Shown: positions 36,348-48,600 of the stretch, one piece after another
Layout: each line of letters starts with the position of its first letter
Numbering within the stretch: the stretch's first letter is position 1
From: Vicugna vicugna
Taxonomy: Eukaryota
Assembly (NCBI GenBank): GCA_013265495.1
Contig: MU058844.1
Location: 1,122,941-1,186,940, forward strand
DNA length: 64,000 bases
Direction: 5' to 3'
Program-made: the position numbers and the translations under genes
Notes under the pieces: generated by a model
Databases searched by the model: none
What the model was told of the DNA's origin: nothing
The model's input: only the letters and a program-made list of their open reading frames with translations

Positions 36348-39300
36348 AGTAGTTAAATAAGTTTTGGAAAGTATGAGTTAAAGAGCGTTAAAACGGTTTT
36401 TCTGCTACAGGATCCTCAGAAACTCAGATGCTAATCTCACATGTTAATATGTCCCACAGCCCTCTGGGAGGGAACAGTGTCTGCATCTCATTTCAGGTTT
36501 GATAAGAGAGTGCTTTTCATTTGTTGGAGAGTATCTCAGAAGACTAGCGTTCTGTGGTTCTTACTTGGGGAGATGTTGGGCTCATTTCTCTTGAGGAAGT
36601 AGTCATGCTGTGGGTCTCACAACTGCAGAAAGTTCAGCTTCATGGAGCTTGGCTGCTTTTAGTAAATAAGCGTGGGGGTGAAAATCTTTAGGTGCATTTA
36701 TTCATTCCATCACACCACCTGGAAAAAACGAGCTCCAAAGGCAGGACCTACTGGAAGTTATCAGAAGCCATCTTTCTTGATCCATGAATCTTTTGATTCC
36801 TTTTATTTTACATCAGTGATGCTGGAAGCAGCCTTTGGAAGGGAACAGAGCCAAGAAGTATTTTGTTGTCTCCCTTCGTGGGAGTAGTTCAGGAAATGTA
36901 GGGGGAAATATGCAAGAGTGATTCTATCAAATTAAACCACCATTTCACATTTGTCTTCCAAGCCCTCCATTTATTCCTATTGCTGTTCCCTCAGTTTGCC
37001 AACATGGTAATCCATCTTTGTTGAAATGGAACATTGGGAGAGAAATGGACCATTGTTATTGTTAATGGATAAAATAAAAATACGACTGCAAAAATTTAAC
37101 TTGAATTATTTTAGTTATTAAACACACTCAGAGTGAGGGAAATGTGAACTAGATGAGTCCAAGCTTTTTAAACTTTCGCAGAATTGCACTACTTCAACCT
37201 CTAATTTCTCTGATGTGTTTTACATTATTTAAGGCTAGACATATGAAAGTTTTAGACTTGATATTTGCTCTATAATCGTGACAAATGTTTGTGACTGTAC
37301 CCCATGAAAAGTTGAGATCACGTAAACAGAACATTCATCAATCTTTGTTTCATATTTGTAAGCCATTATTTATAAACACCACCCATCCTTTGTAGTTCAA
37401 TTCAGCTCCCTTTTAACCACCCCCACAAGCTGGTGATCTAACTTATTCCTTGTTTGTCTCCAATCTGAACATGTCCCCATAACCCGTGTTCATCAAACAA
37501 AACCAGTGTCACTTCAAACAAAAATGCAGTTTCTTTGGCTTTACTTCCAGAGTTTCCAACTTATTAGGGCTGGATAAGTGGAAAAAATCTATATTGTTTG
37601 ACAGGCATCACAGGTGAGGCTGATAATCAGCTTGATTTGAGAGCCAGAACTACTCATTTGGCATTTCTGTGTACTGCCTCATACTGTGAAGGAGCCTTCC
37701 TCATCTGGGATTATCCTTTTCTTAAAAGAATTAAATTTTTAAAATTTAAAGATTATATTTTTGATCACTGGAAAGTTATTTTAATGCTATTTTTTTAAAC
37801 CTCTGTAAGTGTGCTTTTTTGTTGTTGTTAAATAAAAAACAGTGGTTATCTGTGTCCTCCAAAAGTTTTATTTTAGCAGAATATTCATCTTTGTGGATTA
37901 TTATTCCTCAACCTGACTAGTTCCCTTGAGGTATTCATTACCTTCACTGCCAACCCTTGGTTCTATTTGCCTAGATTAGCATTGAGGAAACTTGGGTTGC
38001 AGGAATGGAAGGAGATACAGCAGGCTTGGTGATACAGCAGTCTTGGTCCCTGTTGGCAAATTGTCAAGAGGGCGTCACTTTCCCACAAAGCGTCAAGGTA
38101 GTCAACCAGCCTCAGGGCAGGGAGGACTGGAGCCCATCTGTACAGCTCTGTCCAAACTCCTCCAAAGCCAAGGAGACCAGCAGGTCCCCTTAAGATCATC
38201 CCTCAAGCTGCCACACTGCTCTTTAAGGGTTCACGATCCCCCAGGGCCACCCTCTCTCCCGGAAGCTTGGTGCTCTGACTCTTGTTTTCAGTTCATCATT
38301 GCTGGTGCATGGAAATCAGCTCATCACCAGCTCTCTCCAGCTGGGCTTCCACAGATGAAAGGTCTTGCATGCATCCTCCAGAGCCTACCTAGCACCCTAC
38401 CCTGAAGGTGCTCTGCTTAAGATAGGTGGCTGGAAACTGATTAGAATTAGAATGGAAGCAGGGCATAGAAGAGGGGATAGCAGTGTGGGTGCTCAGGCCA
38501 CCATTTTCTCAGAATTATTGAAGTTTCCATCTGTGTTATGTCTGATTTCTCCAGCTAAGGGGCTTTGGGTATATATTTTGAAAGCAGAGATGATAATAAG
38601 CTCCATATAAAATTGGCATTGAAATCAAAGCTACCACCATTGCACACTCTTTCTGTGCCAGGCACCTGGCTAAGTGCTTCACATGCATTAATGCCAAATG
38701 AGGTAATGACTGATGCACTTAGCACATTGCCAGGCACAGGCGGGTGCTCCGTACATGCCAATTGTTCTCTGTTCTTGCTCTTAGCTGCTGACCACAGTGA
38801 GGGCAGATGCTGTCTTTGTACATTTTTATGTTCTCCCATCCCTCCACACTTTACACCCTACCTTGCATAGAGGTACTCAACTTATTTGTTGGTTGACTAA
38901 CTGAATACTGTACTGTATACTTCCAAAAGGCAATTTCCTATTTTCCTTATATTTAGTCAACTTGATTAATTTTTCATGTTTCTAAAAGTCCTAGCTGAAA
39001 GTTCACTTCTTTTGAAAAACTGCATGTAATCTCTATCCTCTGATAGAATCTCATCTACTCATTTTATAGATTGTTTATCTCTAATTCTACCTTGTATTCA
39101 AGTTATTTATGCATATGAACTATATCCCGTACTAGAATTGGCACCTTTTTTTCTCTAAGTCAAGGGCTGTTCTGTATCTAAATTCCTTCTTTTGAAACTT
39201 GCCCATAAAACAGGAAATAAGGATTAGAGGAATCTTTTCATCATTTCTGTGTAAGAAAAAGCTGTCAAATTGGGAATGGATCATATGAAGCAAGGCAGCT

Positions 39301-39751
39301 TTGTAAGGTTAGAGGGTGGATATACAGGGATAATATGGTAGAATATCCTAGTTAAAGTGCTGTGTTGACCTACCTTGGACATCTTGCTCTCTCGTGAGTA
39401 CTTTTTCAAATGAGGGTTTTCTTCCCCATTAATACACAAATTCTTTTCTCCTCAAATAAATTAGCATATCCATCTTAACTGACTCAGATTTTCTTTTTAA
39501 ATGAGTAATCAATATTTTAGTATAGGCATCTCATATTTTACCAAAAATTTCTTTTATTGGTAATTGTATTTTGGAGTACAGCTTTTTATGTGTTAGAATC
39601 TGGCTCTAATGTATGACCAATAGCTACCCCAGCAGTAGGTGCCAGGGTTCTGTTTGATATAATACACCTTTATTCATTATCTGGTATGGGCTCTGCCTTG
39701 TGATAGGAAACTTTAGGAGAACCAGACTTGAATCCCTGCCTCAAGTGGTTA

Positions 39752-40342
39752 TGAGACAGGAGGGAAGGGGGCAGGGCATAACCAATGAAGGAATGACACA
39801 GCAATTGAGGACAGGGCAAACTGGTTAGAACCAAGATGGCAGAAATTCAACTCCCACTTCCAGAAGACCTTGAGTCTCATGGCACAACCACAGGTGCCAT
39901 GACAGTTCCAATGTTGACCATAAAATGTCAAAAAGTGGGTGGGGGCCCAATTCCTGGAAATCCCTGCCACTTCCCCAACATAGTTGGAATAATCCTCCTA
40001 CTTATTAGCATATGAAATTACTGAGCCCATAGAAACTAACAGCCTTGCACCTCATGATGGCTTTCTCTCTTGCCTTCTGAGACAGCCAGCACTCAGTATG
40101 GAGTGTGTATCTATTTTTACTTAAAACAGAACACCCACCTCTTGGCCTCTCTCCCTCTTGCCTTTTGAGATGGCCTGCATTCTGCCTCTAGAATGTGTAT
40201 CTCCTAAGCCGCTCTCCCTTCTGCGTGAGATGTACTGCACTCTGTGGTGTATGTATCTCTCTAAATAAACTTACTTTCACTTTACCGTGCCTTGCTCTTG
40301 AATTCTTTCCTGTGCGAGGCGAGAACCTATTCTCTGGCAACA
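39752..40342 (+). mobile_element. ERV1 solo LTR, MER41-like
   Basis: TGAGACAGG ... GGCAACA termini. Perfect 4-bp TSD GTTA (39748-39751, 40343-40346). AATAAA at 40264-40269 followed by CTTACTTTCACTTTAC..GAATTCTTTC. The GCCATGACAGTT..GAATAATCC..TTAGCATAT block is homologous to MER41. Confidence 0.85.
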
Positions 40343-40615
40343 GTTAGAAGACTGCAGAGGTCAGGAAGTAAGAACCTGGATATGGACATTTACACACCAG
40401 GGTTTGAGTCCTGAAAATGCCACCTATACACCTTCTGGAACCATAATGATCTTGATGTACAGCAAGCTTCTAATGCATATTAACTAGTATTATTGATAAG
40501 GAAATAGGATACTTGGAAAAATTTACTGAAGTGCATACTACTGGAAGGCATAATCTCAGTTTGATTTATTTTTGAAAATTCCACAATGCTCAGCACAGTA
40601 TCCTATTATTGATGT

Positions 40616-40986
40616 TGTGGGTAAACTTCCAGAATATGAAGTTGTCACTGGAAGGTGGCTGCCCCATTGGGAAATACATTTCTCAACTATCTTGCATCTG
40701 GATGTGGCTATGTGATTTGTTCATTCCAATAGTGTGTGAGCAGATGGTGTTATAAACAAAGGAGCCTTCGAAAGCTTCTTTTCTCTTATCTTGGATAAAT
40801 GTAGAGAACTCCGAGGCTCTAGAAGAAGATGGAGGCAAAGGATGAAGGGATTCTGGCTCCCTGAATCTAAGTCACTCTCACTACACTGTTTCTGTTGATA
40901 ATTAAACCTTTACAGCATTAAAATTTGGCCATTGAAATTTGGGGGTTTACTTATTACAACAACTTGCATTACATTAACTAATACTG
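40616..40986 (+). mobile_element. MaLR LTR (MLT1G/H-like)
   Basis: CATTTCTCAACTATCTTGCATCTGGATGTGGCTATGTGA..GCCATTGAAATTTGGGGGTTTACTTATTACAACA..CTAATAC. Confidence 0.6.
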
Positions 40987-41066
40987 CTGTTCAGCAAATT
41001 TGTGGAAATAATAAATGGGCTGTATAACTGAATCACTCATAATACAATACCTTTTATTATTTTTTA

Positions 41067-41552
41067 ACGGCAACTTTATTTATGATTGCCAAGATATGGA
41101 GGCATCCTACGTGCACATCAATAGTTGAATAGATAATGAAGATGTAGCATGTATATATATAGGAATACAACTCACACAGAAAAAAGGATTATTTTGCCAT
41201 TTGCTGCCCTTCATTCACTTTTTTTTTTTTACTTCAAGAACCAGAATTTTATAACTGGCAGAGACATTTCCATTACATCAAAAACAACAACAACAACAAA
41301 AACCTAGAAATAAACTTAACCAAGGAAGTTACCTTTACTCTGAAAACCAAAAGGACACAAAGAAATGGAAACATTTCTTGTGCTCTTGGATTGGAAGAAT
41401 CAACACTATCAAAATGGCCACACTACACAAAGCAATCCACAGATCCAATGCAACTTCTGTCAAAATGCTCACGACATTCCTCACAGAACTAGAACAAACA
41501 ATTCCAAAATTTATAAGGAACCACAAAAGATCCTGACCAGCACAAGCAATCT
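41067..41552 (+). mobile_element. Two L1 ORF2 fragments (C-terminal piece 41067-41207; RT-downstream piece 41263-41552)
   Basis: GCCAAGATATGGAGGCATCCTAC..TGCCATTTGC, and GAAATGGAAAC..TCTTGGATTGGAAGAATCAA (KWK..CSWIGRIN) ..CACAGAACTAGAACAAACAAT. Confidence 0.85.
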
Positions 41553-41555
41553 TTT

Positions 41556-42738
41556 GTAGGTCTCTCTCTCTCTTTTTTCTCCTTCTTCTTTTTGTTCTCA
41601 TTTCTTATGGTTTGATGACTAGAGAAAGTCCTTTAACATTTGTTGCAAAGCTGGTTTGGTGGTGCTGAAATCTTTTAGCTTTTGTTTATCTGTGAAGCTT
41701 TTGATTTCTCCATCAAGTCTGAATGAGAGCCTTGCTGGGTAGAGTATTCTTGGTTGTAAGTTTTCCCCTTTCATCACTTTAAATATATCGTGCCACTCCC
41801 TTCTGGCCTGTAGAGTTTCTGCTGAAAAATCAGCTGATAACCTTATGGGAGTTCCCTTGTATGTTATTCATTGCTTTTCTCTTGCTAATTTTAATATTTT
41901 CTCCTTATCCATAATTGTTGTCAATTTGATGACTATGTGCCTTGGTGTGTTCCTCTTTGGGTTGATTATGTGTGGTACTCTCTGTGCTTCCTGGACTTGG
42001 GTGACTGTTTCCTTTCCCAATTTAGGGAAGTTTTTGGTTATTATCTCTTCAAAAATTTTCTCAGGTCTTATCTCTCTTCTGTTTCTGGGACCCTGATAAT
42101 GTGAATATTAGAGCGCTTCATGTTGTCCCAGAATTCTCTTAAACTATCCTCATTCCTTTGTATTCTTTTTTCTTTTTTCTGTTCTCAAGTAGTGATTTCC
42201 ACTAATCTGTCTTCTAGCTCACTGATCTGTTCTTCTGCCTCATTTAGTCTATTCTTGATTCCTTCTAGTGTGTTGTTCATTTTAGTGATTTTATTCTTCA
42301 TCTCTGTTTGGGTATTCTTTATATTTTCCAACTCTTTGCTAAAAACTTCACTCTGTGCATCAATACTCCTCCTGAGTTCTCTGAACATCTTGGCCACCAT
42401 TACTTTAAACTCTTTCTCAGATAAATTATCTATCTCCTCATCACTTATTTCTTCTTCTGGGATTTTATCTTGTGCCTTGGCCTGGGAGATATTCCTTTGC
42501 TGCTTCATATCTGCTTTCTTTCTGTGTGTTTATGGATTCCTTCCACAGGCTTTGGGATTATTGTTTTCTTACTTCTAGTATCTGCCCCTGGTGGATGAGG
42601 CTGGACTAAAGGCTTATGCAGGTTTCTTGGCAGGAGGAGCAGTGCCTGCCCACTGCTGGGTGAAGCTTGGTCCTGGACCTCTGGTGGGTAGGGCTGTGTC
42701 TAGAGGCCTTTGTAGCTTAGGAAGTCTGCTGATGGGTC
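41556..42738 (-). mobile_element. L1 5' UTR + ORF1 fragment
   Basis: Minus ORF 42185-42508 (..EKEFKVMVAKMFRELRR..EMKNKITKMNNTLEGIKNRLNEAEEQISELED..) is the L1 ORF1p coiled coil. GC-richer 5' UTR at 42580-42738. Confidence 0.92.
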
Positions 42739-43621
42739 CATTGTGGGAATGTTTCATCTTAGTTCTCAGCTAATGAATGAAATAGAAAGCATTTGTCTGT
42801 ATGTTTTCTCTTTAATGTATTGTATATTTTTGTCTTTTTATACAGAAAAATAGTCAATAATTCCCTTACTGAACTAAAGAATAGTTAGAAAAGGCTGCTA
42901 ATAGCATTTGTGTTTAGAAGTGTAATGTCTTCCTGTGAGTTATTTTATGGGTGAAGTGTCTGGAATTGTTTATGAATACTGGGTTATAGTTTTTTTTCTT
43001 TCTTTCTTTTCTTTTCCTTTTCCCCCCTTCTTTTTCTTTTTTTAACCAAGAGAACTTAAACATGATATAAAAAAAATCTTATCTTGTGGTAGAAATGTCA
43101 GCCACATTTGAGTTTACTCCTGGGCTTCCCTTAAAAGGAATGACTTTTACACATAACAGTAGTCTTGGTTTTATAAGTGGTTGGTAATATCTGCAAATGT
43201 ATAAAGCATTCATTTTCCAGGAGCACTTTTCTCCCTGGTAACACACCAGGATATACAAAGTGTTGTTATTTGATTTCTTTCTTATGCTCGAACTCCCAGA
43301 TGAGTTGAAATTCAACTTCACAGTCAAATGAGTAGCCACTTAAAGCTCAGGTATATATTTTCTAAGACCCTCTCAAAGGGTATATAATTGCTTATGTCTT
43401 TCCTAAAGATAGCAAACTGAATTTTAATTGGACCTTGCCTTTCCCAAGAGATCATTATACCTCTACTCCAAGGCCATATATTATAAAGCTTCAGTGTGAA
43501 TTGGAACATGGAGCCCATTTGGGGTTTAATATTTAAAACTGAATTTACAGCATCTGACACCTGAGTCATTTCAGCAACTCCCCAACCAAAATTTTATTTA
43601 ATTTGAGCCCCTCAAAAAGTG

Positions 43622-43622
<1 letters not shown>

Positions 43623-43652
<30 letters not shown>
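43623..43652. repeat. (CA)n microsatellite
   Basis: Direct reading. Confidence 0.85.
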
Positions 43653-43653
<1 letters not shown>

Positions 43654-45494
43654 GATTTTGCATGTCAAAATTCTGTAAGCTTTCAGACTATGAAAAGCAG
43701 TTTGTTTTCTCAGGAAATAAGTCCCAAGGGGACTAGTTCCAAAATTTTCTTGTCTCAACCCCACCTTGACCTTGTCAGAAGCAGTGGAAAAGTTTATATA
43801 TATATACTAAAGACCTGTTGAGTCAGAACTGGGCCTGGAAGAACCTCAGCGTGGCACAGAATGACTCTTTTCATAAGAAGGACAGAAATGGAACCAAAGA
43901 TCAGCTGATGTAAGAACACATCTAGAGGCAGAATCCCCCTGATCTTAGAAACAAGCAAGACAACATTTAAAAAGAAACCCAAAGACTTGTATGGCTAGTT
44001 CACCGGTACTAAATAACATAGCCATGTGCTTCTCTGTTCTTTACAGTTTAAGAATCCATGTAATTTTCCTGAGGTAAATTAGACTATGAAGACCAAGGTT
44101 AAAAATACTGTGAAAACATCCCAGAGAATGCTGAAGAGTGGAATTCATAGTTTAAAACTTTAAGGGGCAGTGTTATGGTCTTGCCTTATACCATAACAAA
44201 GTGGACCTTTGTGTATTATATGTAGTTAAGATTAGCTTTTTTTTTTCCCCTGAAAAATTTAAGCAGTATCTTTATTCCAGATTTGAATGTTTTAGAAATC
44301 TAGATTTTTTCCCCCTTAAATGTGTAGACATAGACTTGAATTGGCAACTAGGGTACCATGGTAGAGAGTATATCTCTTAATTTTCTGAGATGTGATTTCT
44401 TCAATTATATTATAAGGGGGTTGAAGTAAGTAATCTCTAGACCAGTAAGAGTTACAACATTTCATGGTTCTAATTTCAAGTAGCCTTTTCTCTGTTTATA
44501 CCTCTCTAGATTTCAGCATTTTTCTGCCATGGAGTAAAACAATATTTGGATTACACACTCTATATACTCAGTCCTGGAATTTTAGACAGGCTTCAGTTTG
44601 TCCATTTATTTCTATTTAATTATCTTAATTAACTTCCTCTGATAATGGATCTCTTGCTTCACCTTTCTTTTCTTAATTTCTCAATAGTATCAACAGCTTC
44701 TCAGTTTCTAGGCTCAAAACATTGAAGTTTTCCTCAATTGTTTATTTTCCTTTGTCCCTAACATCAAATCAATCATGCAATTCTGTTGCGTGCACCTCTG
44801 GAGAAGGAGAAGACTGGTTTTACAAAACAGAGTAATAGAATTGTAGAATTGGAAGGGACTTCATTTTTTGGTTCACAGATTTTTTATAATTTCTTTGAGG
44901 GTCTGAAGAAATACATGCTCCGTCTCCCCAGGAAATATATATATATATACTTTGTTGTTGTTGTTTTGCATAAAATTTCTAGGGATTCATGAAATTCACC
45001 TGTGGATCTCAAATTGAGACTCCCTCAACTGAGTCAAATGTCTCTAAAATCAGAATTTCACTCAAGAACAACCCTAGTGGATGGCTTTCTGCATCTGCTT
45101 GGGTACTTCTAGTGATGAAAGTACTCAATCTTTTGGAGCTTTCTCTTGCCTTGTTTATAACTTCTATTGAAACTTCTATTGTTGGAAACTTTGTTTAGGG
45201 GTAAAATATGTTTGCCTGTAGCTTCCAGTTCACCCTAAGTCTTCAGTATTTGAAGATATCTCCCATATCTCTTCAAATCTTCTATTTTCCATGTTAAATA
45301 TTTACTATCTCTTCAACTGTACCCTTTTTTGGCATGGCTTCCAGAATCTATTCTATTCATCTTTCTCTAGACATTCTTTAGTGTTTTTATTTAATTTTGT
45401 TTCCCTAAGATAAATAACATTCTTCATATGTGATATGAATAACCAATGCAAAGTTCTTAGAAAAAAATTTTTTATTAATGTCATCCAATCTTGA

Positions 45495-45645
45495 CTCTTG
45501 GCTCTGCTATTTGCTAGCCATTTTGACCTAGTGCTGGTTACTTAATCTCCTCTGATTTCTCATCTGTAAAATGGGGATGGGTATACCATCATTATAGTTT
45601 GTTATCTTAGCACATATGAGGTACTCAATAAATGACAGATGTTAT
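45495..45645 (+). mobile_element. MIR SINE
   Basis: GGCTCTGCTATTTGCTAGC..GTTACTTAATCTC..CTCATCTGTAAAATGGGGAT..CTCAATAAATG. Confidence 0.8.
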
Positions 45646-48600
45646 TTTTATTATTCAGGTTAAGATTACCTGGGGTAATTTGGAGGTTGTATCACATCTG
45701 ATGATGGACAATAAAAATCTCTTAAATATTCTTAACCAGTATTAAACTTTGACCTCTCCTACCCCAACACTGCAATTACTACTGTGTTTAAATTTAAATG
45801 CAGAATTTCATAATTAATTAATAATGCTAAATTTTATATTGGGTTTGGTCCACATACTAGGCTCCTGAGATATTACTGAATCCTGATTCTGTCATTCAGT
45901 GTGTTACCTGTCCTTCCAGTTTTGTGATCTCCAGTCAAGTGCAGAATCAAGGACCAAGCTCAGCAGCACACATTAGTCACTTCTCCCCAAGTGGACTGTA
46001 ATTCATTAAACAACTCTCTATCAGGACCAGTTTGTCATATACCTTGCTGATAATATGATATGCTATGTATTTGGGGTTCCCCTGACCTAACTACCAAAAA
46101 AAAAAAAAAAAGGAAAAGAAAGAAAATGACGTTAGTATGAACTCACCATGATTCAGTTGTTTAACTGAGTTCTTTCCAAGTCCTGTAAGTCATAACAAAA
46201 CTATATTAGAAGGCAGGGAATGTACCTTATTTGTACAGAGCCTAACAGATTTAGCTGCAGTACTTCCCTAAATGTATAATAGATCGCTTATTTGACTCTC
46301 AGATCAAAGTGAAGACAATTTCAAGGGCAAATAAAGGGAGAAAGCCTGGTTCTTCAAAACATGACCTAGTTCTCTCGCAAATATCGTGCCTCTCAATTCT
46401 TCCAAAGGATGTCCGTGAACCATGACAGCAGAGCTCATCAGAATCTCTAAGGCAAAGTGTGGGTAGCCAGCTGTGAGTCTTCTCTCCTTGTCCGGACTCT
46501 CTAGTCTTCCCCAAGCTCGGGGATGGGAGAAGCAGAAATAATAAAATGGACATTTATACCATCCAAAAGATCTGCTAAACTGAAACTCTCTGAGAAATCC
46601 TTCAACGATCTTTATGAATGAAATTCTTTTAAAAAGTTTCTTAGATGAATTTTCCAAACATCTTTCAGTGCTAAAATAAAAAAAAAAAAAGGACTCAATG
46701 TTAATACCTTTCGATGAGCTCAGTCTGTTTTGCTCTTGCCTCCAGCTGTTACATGAGTTAGAGTTATGTTTGGAAGGACAGCTTATTTGGCTGGGAAGGT
46801 CATGGAAGGTAGTGTGGAAGAGGAGGGGCTTAGAGATGCCAGACAGGCAGGCGAGCCAGCAGACATACATGGACAGACTCAGCAAGCTCCTCTTACTGTT
46901 AAGAGTGTGCTGCCTGAAACGGAATCTAAGGATCCAGCCTGGGAATGCAGGAGGACAGTGACCTCTCTATGAACCTGGCAGTGAACTCTCCTAGAAAGCA
47001 CTTTTTCTCAAGGTTCCTGACTTTCGGGAGGGGGGCACCACTTTGAATTTAAATTAATTGAGACCTCTGTTACTATAATTGAGTGTACCTTTCCATCCCT
47101 GCCATCTGCAAAGAAAAAGACATTCAAAAAGTCTTCCTCTTACTAGAGCCTATCCTGGAGTTGTAAGGTAGGATAAAATGTAAGATATGGAAAGTTTCAC
47201 TTTCTCCAGGGGAAGATGCAATAGCCAATCAATATATCTCTCTTATCTTAACCTCAGCTTTACTTAAAGCAAATAACAAATGTCCAAAAACATCTGGCTC
47301 TAATTTCCTGGATAAAATGCAGGAATGATTTAAATTCCCCCAATACATAAACTTCCCCCCACAAATTAACACATAAAATAAGGCAACGATTCTTTCAAAT
47401 AAGTACTTAGTATATAGAACAAATGACCCTCAGAAGAACACAGAAATAGTACCCCAGGATACATCAAGGAATTAATTTAGCTTTCCCAAATCCCTCATTT
47501 TCAGAAATATAGTAAACGATGGATGAAGCTGGCACTCTGAGTCTATATGATTCCTTTGGAAAGGTGATTGTTTTACATCATCTGTGCTATTTTTTAAAAA
47601 TAGTGATATCTATCAAATTGTGTGGCTTAAGGTCACATTCTTAAGACTCAAGTTCCTCATCTGAAAAAAAAAATTCACCTAGTTCCTACGTGGCATACTT
47701 GTATTAAAGATACCACATATAAGCACAGTTGCTGGCATGGTGGGTGCCCCTAGCAAATGACAGCTGACCAGTCTTCTAATTAAGAGACCATGAGAAGCAA
47801 TGGCCTGGGTCACTGGCTTGTCGATGCCTGCAGTTCTGTTGCAGAGGCCTGGGCTTTCTCCTTGGGTAAACTGTCTTGTATTGAGTATCGTTGGTGCTTT
47901 AGTCAAATTCTCCGTGAGTCGATCCCATGCTGAACTTGTCATATGCTGACTTCCATTAATTTTAAGAAATATTTTTTAATATGGATTTTGGAGATCATGA
48001 AAATCATCTATTCAAAGTGGTTTTACTCCTGGTTCATCTGGAATTTATAAGGACTTTAGTCCTTCCCGAACATCACAAAGTGGTCTGATAGTGATCTTAG
48101 AGAGATTTTTGGCTCAGGGAAGGCTACCAGGGTCCGGGAGATGGTTGGAAAGATGGGCCCATTAGAGAAGTCTGTGTTTGTTGTCCCTGGAGGTGAATAC
48201 TTTTGCTGATAAGTTTCCAAGGACCTTGGGGCAATGAGTCATTAGCGACTAAACCCAATTCACTTAAGAGATAGGACCTGAATTTAAAATCCAGATATTT
48301 GAGGAAGGCCACCTCATGCTCCTCAGGTCACACACAGCAGCAGCAACAAAAGGTGATGATAATATAGGGAGGTAGAGAAAGAAACATAAAAAAACAATAT
48401 TCCTTAACTTGGGTTTTCATTTATAGACATGAGGAGGAAAAAAAAAAGATGGAAACACTTAAAATTTTAAATCCTTCCCCCAACTCTTGTATCTGCCTCT
48501 TTGAGATTATAAAAATCAGCAGATTCCACTGGGGGGATAAATGTTTTGAAGTAATCCATTGATCATTTCCTCTGACCTGACATGTTTAAGTAGACAAAAT

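Noticed and set aside
37963..38870. Cluster of overlapping 60-137 aa ORFs on both strands
   Set aside because: Slightly higher GC reduces stop frequency; there is no homology or exon structure, and part overlaps MIR/L2-like sequence.
42120..42578. 152-aa hydrophobic Ser/Phe/Leu-rich ORF
   Set aside because: Antisense reading of L1 ORF1, a well-known artefact.
46304..46885. Longest ORF in the window (193 aa, minus strand)
   Set aside because: Non-ATG start, crosses a homopolymer run, no recognisable domain or splice structure.
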